Shown: positions 19,973 to 27,342 of the stretch, piece by piece
How the letters are laid out: every line of letters begins with the position of its first letter
Position numbering within the stretch: position 1 is the first letter of the stretch
Source: a virus
Lineage: Duplodnaviria > Caudoviricetes
Length of the DNA: 64,000 nt
Virus record (IMG/VR): IMGVR_UViG_3300032225_002102
Location: 32,001 to 96,000 of that record
Reading direction: 5' to 3' (one strand)
Notes under the pieces: generated by a model
Databases searched by the model: none
Seen by the model: only the letters and a program-made list of their open reading frames with translations
What the model was told of the DNA's origin: nothing
Position numbers and translations under genes: made by a program

Positions 19973-20593
19973 TTATAAAATATTTTGTTTCCATTGTAAA
20001 TTTTCTATATTTATATTTTTAGAATTATTGTCCAAATAACACACCGTAAAATAATTATTGTGTTTAATAAAATTAAATGCTCTCAATACTTCTTTTGCAA
20101 CATTAACTCTTTTATACGAACCATTTTTATACAAATTACAAGTTACATAATTCTCTTTATTATTAAATCCTTTATATAATTTTTTACTAGATTCAATTTC
20201 AACAATATTTCCTAAATTAGAAATTATATATCTTTCTTCATATCCATAAACAGGTAAAAATATTTCATCCTCTAAAGGAGTATAAAAAATAGATTTAAAA
20301 TTCTTTGTTTCTTTTTTTATTTTTGGAAATGGTTTATCTACCCAATATAAATTAGAAACTTCATTATTTAATTTATTACCATCTAATCTTTTAACCCATT
20401 TATTTCCCATATTTTCAACAGGATTAAAAACTTCTAATACTACTCTATGTACTAAATAATCCTTTGATTTAACCTTAAAAGATTGATACCCTGCTTTAGA
20501 TGTTTTTAAATTTAGTACCCCTCCACTTGGATTTTTAACATTACCCAAATTTGATACTTGATAACCACCCTTAAATTCTTTAAAAATTTCCAT
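19973..20593 (-). CDS. Tandem NUMOD4/HNH-like endonuclease (degenerate)
   Basis: Two YxxSNLGN units, VHRVV..VF, DGNKLNN..SNL.W; HNH His residues partly lost; TACATTTG promoter at 20620-20627. Confidence 0.75.
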   Translation of the reverse strand: MEIFKEFKGGYQVSNLGNVKNPSGGVLNLKTSKAGYQSFKVKSKDYLVHRVVLEVFNPVENMGNKWVKRLDGNKLNNEVSNLYWVDKPFPKIKKETKNFKSIFYTPLEDEIFLPVYGYEERYIISNLGNIVEIESSKKLYKGFNNKENYVTCNLYKNGSYKRVNVAKEVLRAFNFIKHNNYFTVCYLDNNSKNINIENLQWKQNIL

Positions 20594-20787
20594 TGTTATT
20601 ATTGTTTAAATTAATAATACAAATGTAATACTAATTTACGGGAATAATAACTGCTATTATAAATATTTAATATAAGTGTGTGAGTAGAGTAGGATTGTAT
20701 TTGTTCCCCATACAAACTGATACTCCGTTGGTACTCCGCTACCTTCGAAGTAAATTTACCATTTTAAACTTTTAAACAATTAATACA

Positions 20788-21303
20788 ATGGCATTAGTTA
20801 CAGTTAAATACCTTGGTTCTACCTCAACAGGTAGATACCATAAGTACGAAGTGATACCAACAATCACACCAGCAAAACCTGCTTCAGGAGCAGGTGCTAC
20901 AGAAGTAGAAGCTACTCCTGAAATAGTAAACACTCACGTAGCAGAACTTACTGCTGACGGTGTTGAAATGAACAAGAATCTCGGAGTTACGGGATTCCTT
21001 TCGCAAACACATCTTCACACAACTCCAAAGGTTGGAGATACTGTAGAAGCGGACGTTCGTGCATTCGTAAAGAATGCTACTACAACAGTAAACTTCTTCC
21101 ACGGTATTGACCGTGCAAAGCAAGAAGCTTTTGCTTCTGCAAATAGGTTAAATCGTGAATTTGCGGAAGTTGCAAGCTTTGCGAAAAAGCTTGAGGAGTT
21201 CGATATTAGTGCAAATGATATCAAAGCATTCGAAGAGATTAAGCTCCTTAAGGAACGCAGAAAACTCATCACAGCACAGTTGAAAGGGTTAGATGATAAC
21301 TGA
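20788..21303 (+). CDS. First gene of plus-strand block, hypothetical
   Basis: Clear ORF with visibly higher GC and a strong terminator. Confidence 0.7.
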   Translation: MALVTVKYLGSTSTGRYHKYEVIPTITPAKPASGAGATEVEATPEIVNTHVAELTADGVEMNKNLGVTGFLSQTHLHTTPKVGDTVEADVRAFVKNATTTVNFFHGIDRAKQEAFASANRLNREFAEVASFAKKLEEFDISANDIKAFEEIKLLKERRKLITAQLKGLDDN

Positions 21304-21312
21304 CCCTTTGGG

Positions 21313-21343
21313 AAGAGCGGAGTGAAAAACTCCGCTTTTTTTT
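21313..21343 (+). terminator. Strong intrinsic terminator
   Basis: agcggagt-gaaaa-actccgct followed by T run. Confidence 0.85.
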
Positions 21344-21421
21344 AGAATTGGAAGCATTTAGTGATTTGCTTTCGCATTCTTTCAAAATCGGAAGCATTTA
21401 GTGATTTGCTTACGCTTTTGA
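21344..21421 (+). repeat. Two tandem 26-nt repeats (40-nt period), each forming a hairpin
   Basis: ggaagcatttagtgatttgcttWcgc at 21350-21375 and 21390-21415. Confidence 0.9.
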
Positions 21422-21462
21422 TTTATTTGTTTTGTTTAAATAATTAATTAAATAAATAAAAA

Positions 21463-21624
21463 ATGGAAAAAATAACAATGATTGAACTTGAAAACCATGT
21501 TAATAAATGGTTTGGTTCTGATTGGAACAACCAATCATCAGCACAGATTTTAGCAATGACGATAGATTTGCTTGAAAAAGTTGATGTTGAAGTTGTTTCA
21601 GAAAAACATTTCAAAGAGGTGTAA
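21463..21624 (+). CDS. Small hypothetical protein (53 aa, not in ORF track)
   Basis: MEKITMIELENHVNKWFG...; A-rich start context; hairpin terminator at stop. Confidence 0.6.
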   Translation: MEKITMIELENHVNKWFGSDWNNQSSAQILAMTIDLLEKVDVEVVSEKHFKEV

Positions 21625-21957
21625 CAACCTCTTTTCTTTTAATGCTTCATTGTTGTTTCACAAGGACAACCTATCTAAGATAGAAAGCAGAGTGGAAGAA
21701 AGAGATGCAACACTCTTTAATTTGTTGTTTTAATTATAAACCTTTCTCATGTAACATGGCTGGATTTATTATTAGTGGGGTTATTGTATCTGTTGAGGAT
21801 ACGAGAGATTATGATTTTAAATAGCGGTTATCCCATTTTTTAAAATTGTATACCACAAGGATTGATTCTCCTTGATAAAGAAAAGAATTACAGGGGAAGA
21901 TAGAATCCTGTATAATGTAACTATCGTATTGTTTTTTTATTCTAAATCATATAAAAA

Positions 21958-22206
21958 ATGACAAAGAAAAAAGAAAGAGGTTCATTCAACCTATCTTTAT
22001 CCACAGTTAGGAGAAAGAAAAGGTTGGATTCTTACTTTGCTTTTACACAGCAGAGAGAAGAGGAAGCAGAATATGCTTATTCTTACTTTCGTGGTTTGTT
22101 AAAAGCTAACGTAAGAATAGGTTGTGGTTGTGGTTGCGGAGGAGATAGTGTAAACGAGAGTTTATATTACCTTGGAGCAAGCATATATCGCACTCTAAAC
22201 GATTGA
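21958..22206 (+). CDS. Small basic protein with GCGCGCGGD motif
   Basis: ORF with A-rich start context. Confidence 0.55.
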   Translation: MTKKKERGSFNLSLSTVRRKKRLDSYFAFTQQREEEAEYAYSYFRGLLKANVRIGCGCGCGGDSVNESLYYLGASIYRTLND

Positions 22207-22310
22207 AGTTTCTCCCTTAAAAATTGGAGATAAGATTCGGAGTTTAACTGTACTTGGCAACAGAAACAGTTACTTTTATTTTTTATTTTATCTTTAAACA
22301 AAAAAAAACA

Positions 22311-22673
22311 ATGTTGAAAATTAATTTATCTGGTCATTTTAATAAAAATCTTGCAGAGAAAGGTTTTACCTTTCCTGGAACTGTTCAGATTAATCCTGAG
22401 AAATCTTTTCAGGATAATTTAGAAGCAGTAACTAAATTCTTACAAGGATTAGGTGTTGTTTCTGATAGCAATGTAACTATTGCTCTTCCTGGAATGAGTG
22501 TGTTAGCTACTATGGTTACAGTAGCATTACATGGTTTGACAGGACAATTTCCAGAAATTGCTCCTTTGTTTAGAAATGAAAATGGAGATTTTGTGTGTGT
22601 GGAAACAATAGATTTACAAACAATGAGGAATCATGTTTGTAGAAATCTACGTGAAAGCATTATAGAATTATAG
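22311..22673 (+). CDS. csx15: Csx15-like (CRISPR type III-associated) protein
   Basis: INLSGH...ALPG...ALHGLTGQFP...F...ETIDLQTMR..R matches recalled Csx15 pattern; ATG at 22311 preferred over TTG at 22254. Confidence 0.7.
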   Translation: MLKINLSGHFNKNLAEKGFTFPGTVQINPEKSFQDNLEAVTKFLQGLGVVSDSNVTIALPGMSVLATMVTVALHGLTGQFPEIAPLFRNENGDFVCVETIDLQTMRNHVCRNLRESIIEL

Positions 22674-22905
22674 GTTAAAGTGGTAAATGATAATAAAGTA
22701 GGGATATTATTTCTCTACTTTTATTTTCTTTTTACCTGAATATGAAGATTAGGTAAATTTCTTATATATGCAAAGGATGTTTTGGATTTATGTAGATGTA
22801 CATAAGAAAAATAGTTCCGAGAAGTTAATCAGACTACTTGCATTAAGTTATATAAGAATAAAAGAAGTAGATTAGTTCTACTTCTTTTTACCTAATTATG
22901 AAGAT

Positions 22906-23358
22906 TTAATTAGTTAAATATTTTATAGATTCTTCTTCTACAATATTAAAACTTTCTATTTGCTTTCCTTCAATGATTGCATCAATTAAAGTTTTTCTAT
23001 CTACTTGTGATTCTCTCCAAACAGTTAAAGGATTTAATTGATATTGTCCTTTTGCTAATTTAACAACAAGTTTAGAATGACATAATCTATCAATACATTT
23101 ATAAAATGTTTGCTCGTTAAAATTTTTACCTATATCTTCTTGTATTTGAGTTTGTAATAATTTGTTTGTGTTAAACACATTTAACTTATTACTATTTTTA
23201 GATAAGTATAAAAAAATTTGCATATCTAATAACGAAGATAACTTTTTAGTTAAATCTAAAACATTGTCATACAATTGTGTGTAATTATCTTCAATTTCAA
23301 TGTAACCTTTCTTTTGAGTAGTTACAATCTCTTCTGTTTTAAAATAAAATCTGCTCAT
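22906..23358 (-). CDS. repL: RepL-like winged-helix replication/regulatory protein
   Basis: IFLYL...TFYKCIDRL...LVVK...GQYQLNP..W; TATATTTG promoter at 23383-23390 favours ATG at 23358. Confidence 0.65.
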   Translation of the reverse strand: MSRFYFKTEEIVTTQKKGYIEIEDNYTQLYDNVLDLTKKLSSLLDMQIFLYLSKNSNKLNVFNTNKLLQTQIQEDIGKNFNEQTFYKCIDRLCHSKLVVKLAKGQYQLNPLTVWRESQVDRKTLIDAIIEGKQIESFNIVEEESIKYLTN

Positions 23359-23478
23359 TTGAAATTTGTTTAAATTATAATACAAATATACTATTTTAAA
23401 TCTACAATAACTAATCAATACTATACTAAAATAATTAATATTTTATTAGGAATTGTAAATTATTTTATTATGAGAGAT

Positions 23479-23541
23479 ACTATACCTACAGGATAGTACA
23501 ACTATACCTACAGGATAGTGACACTATACCTACAGGATAGT
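23479..23541. repeat. Three perfect 19-bp palindromic direct repeats at 22-bp period (iteron/operator-like)
   Basis: actatacctacaggatagt at 23479, 23501 and 23523. Confidence 0.95.
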
Positions 23542-23675
23542 AGGATTTGATTAAAAATAGCTTAAAATGCTTATAATCAACGTTTTATATAATTTTAGTT
23601 GTTATAACTCTTTCTACTGTAGGTGATTAGCCTATCTGTGTACTGATTTGCATATATTTTGAACAGCAATTACAT

Positions 23676-23730
23676 TTTCTATATATAGTTATTTTACTAT
23701 ACTGATGAGTTCTTAAGAACGAAATAGAAA
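23676..23730 (+). ncRNA. Type III hammerhead ribozyme
   Basis: Stem III tttctat/atagaaa, cleavage triplet AUA (after 23683), stem I tatagt/actata, CUGAUGA, stem II gttc/gaac, GAAA. Confidence 0.88.
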
Positions 23731-23759
23731 TCCATTTTACCACAATAATATTTATTACA

Positions 23760-24092
23760 ATGCAAAAATTAAATTTAAAAACAAATGTACAATTGAATGG
23801 TAAAGTACTTTATACTACTTTGAACCTTTCAATTGGAGTGCATCACTTATGCAGTGTAACATTACATAATGCTGATGTAAAAAGTATTGAATTTCGTTTA
23901 TCTTTACCTAAAGCATGTGGAGAAAATGTAATGGAATATGTATATTTTACTGATAATTTGGAATTACAAGGATTAAGTTCTTTCCATATCTACCAGTTAT
24001 ATAAAGAATCAGTTGCAAGATACTGGAAAACATCTCCTTACAAAGAGGTAATGAAAAATTATCATTTAAGTAAAGCTAATAAATATGCTTAA
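23760..24092 (+). CDS. Hypothetical protein downstream of hammerhead
   Basis: ORF track. Confidence 0.6.
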   Translation: MQKLNLKTNVQLNGKVLYTTLNLSIGVHHLCSVTLHNADVKSIEFRLSLPKACGENVMEYVYFTDNLELQGLSSFHIYQLYKESVARYWKTSPYKEVMKNYHLSKANKYA

Positions 24093-24279
24093 AAGATAAT
24101 TTATCGTACTGATACGGTAAGGAATAGATAATTTATCTGCTATTTTAAAGAATGGTAGGTAAATTATCTGTTTTAATGATGGAAATGGGAGGTTTAATAG
24201 TTGGCTAATTCACATTCACCACTATTCAACTCAATCAGATATTAAAGAATTTAAAAAACATAACCAAATAATATAGCAA

Positions 24280-24459
24280 ATGGAAACAGATAGTTTATAT
24301 TTCCAACTCATTCAAGAAATTGCTAATGAGTTAATTAAATCAGAACAGTATGGCTTAGTGGATTTCATTCAAGGTAGAATGGATGAGATTACAATGATTG
24401 AAGATGCTTATATGGATAATCAGCTTTCAATTTTAGAAAACCAATCAACTGAATGTTAA
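24280..24459 (+). CDS. Small acidic hypothetical protein (59 aa, not in track)
   Basis: METDSLYFQLIQE...; abuts next gene. Confidence 0.55.
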   Translation: METDSLYFQLIQEIANELIKSEQYGLVDFIQGRMDEITMIEDAYMDNQLSILENQSTEC

Positions 24460-24460
24460 T

Positions 24461-24754
24461 ATGAAACTATTTACTGTACATCAAAACACCTATACCGAAG
24501 GTAACTTTGGTGATTTAATGTATGCAGGTGCAAAATTAATTGGTGTTTACACTAATTATGAATCTGCTAAGAAGATTGTAGATGATTTTGTTTCTATTAC
24601 ATATTATGCTCAGTTTGGAACAGGTGAGCAAGATATGTATATAACGGAAATAGAATCTGATGTGCAATTATCTGAACCTAATACTGATAATGGTAGATAT
24701 TATTCAGATGATGAAGATGAGTATCAAGAAGAAAACGATTTAACTTTAAAATAA
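24461..24754 (+). CDS. Acidic hypothetical protein
   Basis: LIGVY...ESAKK motif common in small phage ORFs. Confidence 0.6.
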   Translation: MKLFTVHQNTYTEGNFGDLMYAGAKLIGVYTNYESAKKIVDDFVSITYYAQFGTGEQDMYITEIESDVQLSEPNTDNGRYYSDDEDEYQEENDLTLK

Positions 24755-24762
24755 AAATAATT

Positions 24763-24969
24763 ATGTCAAACTTCAGAAAGTTAATTGAGTTCATAAGCAT
24801 AATGTTTATGAGTTATTTGATAGTGAATTTTGTAATCTCTATAATTGGAGATTATAGCTCTTACAAGGAATGCTTGAGAGATAGTTATAACATTTATTTA
24901 TTGTTTCTTGTGTATTGGTGGATTCCAATATTCAGAATGATAGATATAGATGAACAACAATACAAATAG
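24763..24969 (+). CDS. Small two-TM membrane protein
   Basis: Two hydrophobic segments. Confidence 0.55.
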   Translation: MSNFRKLIEFISIMFMSYLIVNFVISIIGDYSSYKECLRDSYNIYLLFLVYWWIPIFRMIDIDEQQYK

Positions 24970-24970
24970 C

Positions 24971-25192
24971 TGTTATAACTTGTGCACAGGTTGTAATAAT
25001 ACCAGAGGAAGTGCTGGCTTAGCTAATTAAGGTGTGTTTAACTTGAACAACAGAATTATTGGCATCAGAGAGTAATCTCTAATATAAGTTAGTCCATTGT
25101 AGCTAACACTGTATAGGTTACAGAATAACTTAAAGGAAATAATTCTTCCTTGACAACAAAGAGCTAAGCATCTCTATTGTAAAAACTGCTTA
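24971..25192 (+). ncRNA. Candidate structured ncRNA with two pseudoknots
   Basis: About 7 hairpins incl. GUAA tetraloop; 3' loops complementary to 25017-25024 and 25052-25060. Confidence 0.6.
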
Positions 25193-25219
25193 ACTTTTTA
25201 ACTTTAAACAAATAAACAA

Positions 25220-25699
25220 ATGAACTTAACATTATTTTTTAGATTGATAACAATGTCAATCTTCCAGAAAACAGTTATTTATAATAAAAAGGATTCAATG
25301 TATAGACAAATGAGTTATGACAACACTCATTTTTATTGTCCAATAGTCTACGCAATGGATGGTTTTAATGTATCATTACAAATCCATCATGCCAATTACT
25401 GCTCATCAGAAAATGGGTATAGAGAATTAGGACATTCAATGCAAGATGTTGAATTTGGGTTTCCTTCCCAAAATGAAGAGATTATGTTTGAATATGCAGA
25501 AGGGTACGGTTTACCTGAATATACCTTTGATGAAAATGGAGAATATAGCGAAACACCTTTTAACGTATCGTTATTTGATATAACTAAAGAGGTAGGTAGT
25601 ATTCCTCTGGACATAATGGAAGCTGTGTTTGAAAAACATGGTGGAATTGATTGGGAAAAAACCATTTCTGTTGAACAATTTAATCAAAAAGTATCATGA
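25220..25699 (+). CDS. Conserved phage hypothetical protein
   Basis: DGF.VS.Q....YC...VE.GFPS...HGGID pattern seen in phage proteins. Confidence 0.65.
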   Translation: MNLTLFFRLITMSIFQKTVIYNKKDSMYRQMSYDNTHFYCPIVYAMDGFNVSLQIHHANYCSSENGYRELGHSMQDVEFGFPSQNEEIMFEYAEGYGLPEYTFDENGEYSETPFNVSLFDITKEVGSIPLDIMEAVFEKHGGIDWEKTISVEQFNQKVS

Positions 25700-26022
25700 G
25701 CAACATAGTTTATTGGACAATGGCAAATGGTGAAAAAATAGATATAGATAGCATGGGGATTAAACATCTCCGTAATACTCTCAAGATGATTGTTAACAAC
25801 AGTCAAAAAAGAAGAGAAATAATCCTTAATGGAGATATGGCAGAACAGTTCAATTTTATCCACGAAGAAAACATTGAAGAACTTGAATACTAAAATTTTA
25901 AAAATAGCTAGTATATTTTTTATAATATTAAGTATACTCAGTTTCTTCAAAGGAAACAATGTAAATTTTTTTATAACATCATTCTTATGGATTAATGCCA
26001 TGGGATATTTAATTAAAGAAAA

Positions 26023-26634
26023 ATGAAAAACTTAAGTTTAGCTACATTAAGTGTAGTTCTTTTTGTTCTAACTTGTTCTTGTTCAAATGCAGAACAAGTT
26101 AAAATAGTGAAAGATAATCCAGCTTTTTCTCCTACACAAAAATATCAGATAATGGTATGGAATATAAAAAAAGCTGAAAATTACAGATCTGATATTTATA
26201 AGTGTCAAGCTAAAAAAAAAACAACTGGATGGGGATTCACCAATGTTAAAAGTGTCAAAAACATCCAACATGCTGATATTATTTTAAGAGATATGGTAGA
26301 AGAGTTACATAGTATAGTAAAAAAAGAGTACCCTAAGCAAACATACCTTCAACAAGCAGCAATAGTAAGCTTAATATATAATACTGGAGATTTAAAAGGT
26401 ATTAAAAAATCAAAATTTGCTAAATCTTTAGTAAAAAATGATATAGATAATGCTGTAGCAGCTTTTAAAGCTTGGAATAAGGTAAAAATTAAAAAAGGTA
26501 AATACATTGTAAGTAAAGGATTAGTAAAACGTAGAACTTATGAAGCAAAATTGCTTAACAATACGTTTACTATGAATGATTACAATAAACTTAAATCTGA
26601 GATTTCTCAGATATACAAAGAAAATAGATTTTAA
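26023..26634 (+). CDS. GH24 lysozyme with N-terminal signal/anchor
   Basis: E-x8-C-x5-T then GWG; AAIVSLIYNTG; GLVKRRTYEA; hydrophobic N-terminus ending TCSCS. Confidence 0.8.
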   Translation: MKNLSLATLSVVLFVLTCSCSNAEQVKIVKDNPAFSPTQKYQIMVWNIKKAENYRSDIYKCQAKKKTTGWGFTNVKSVKNIQHADIILRDMVEELHSIVKKEYPKQTYLQQAAIVSLIYNTGDLKGIKKSKFAKSLVKNDIDNAVAAFKAWNKVKIKKGKYIVSKGLVKRRTYEAKLLNNTFTMNDYNKLKSEISQIYKENRF

Positions 26635-26712
26635 TTGTGTATATTAATTATTTATTATTTTTTACTTTTTAATAGTGTGGAGATTTTCTTCACACTTATT
26701 TTTTTATTTATA

Positions 26713-26774
26713 ATCTGTAAAGGAATTAATAGAAGAAATTCTATAGTATGGTTCGTTTCCATACACAGATACTA
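26713..26774 (+). ncRNA. tRNA-like element lacking anticodon (tmRNA TLD-like)
   Basis: Acceptor atctgt/acagat + ACTA, unpaired aaaGGaatta, GAAA-capped stem, T-arm gtatgg-TTCGttt-ccatac. Confidence 0.6.
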
Positions 26775-26820
26775 ATCCTGTAGGTGCAGGATTTTAAACA
26801 AACAATCAAAAAACAAAAAC

Positions 26821-27279
26821 ATGCAAAATTCAAACGCAATCGCAACAGGAGTACAAACAGTAGAAGATTTAGTAAAAATTATTGAATCACGCAAGTTAAT
26901 TGCTCAACCAGGTGCTTATGATTTAAAAGTAACTGGTGTAACAGCTTACAATGGTAATCATATTGTAAATCTTTCAGCAATGAGTAATTATCACGTAGAA
27001 GAAGCTCGTGAATTAGCTTCTGAAGGTAAATTTCAAGAATCAGCAAACAAACAATTCACAATCAATGTACTTCCTAATGGATATTTACCTGCTAAAGGTG
27101 AAATAATTAAGTGTTATATTGATAATGTAAAAACTAAAAGTGGTGTAGAAGGATTATTTGTTACTTCACATTCAGAATTGAAATCTATTGCTGCTGGTAA
27201 AGTAGTATTTAATTTCGGTACTACAAAATCTACTACAGAAACTATTAGTTCTTCAGTAGCAGAAAATGCTTTTGCTTAA
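26821..27279 (+). CDS. Hypothetical beta-rich protein
   Basis: Clear ORF, own terminator at 27287-27320. Confidence 0.7.
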   Translation: MQNSNAIATGVQTVEDLVKIIESRKLIAQPGAYDLKVTGVTAYNGNHIVNLSAMSNYHVEEARELASEGKFQESANKQFTINVLPNGYLPAKGEIIKCYIDNVKTKSGVEGLFVTSHSELKSIAAGKVVFNFGTTKSTTETISSSVAENAFA

Positions 27280-27286
27280 TTTTAAC

Positions 27287-27320
27287 AAGGTAGTACTGTA
27301 ATGGTACTACCTTTATCTTT
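27287..27320 (+). terminator. Intrinsic terminator
   Basis: aaggtagtac/gtactacctt stem plus T-rich tail. Confidence 0.75.
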
Positions 27321-27342
27321 TACTTTTAACAATTAATGTAAC

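Noticed and set aside
21350-21415. CRISPR mini-array linked to csx15
   Set aside because: Only two repeats with a 14-nt spacer and no recognisable CRISPR repeat end
23479-23541. CRISPR array
   Set aside because: Spacers are only 3 nt and repeats 19 nt; fits iterons or operators
25000-25190. RNase P RNA, twister or pistol ribozyme identity
   Set aside because: Short look-alike words (gaggaagt, ctaacactg, ctaagc) lack the required partner motifs and stems
26713-26774. Functional tRNA or full tmRNA gene
   Set aside because: No anticodon loop, D-stem or tag ORF; kept as a tRNA mimic
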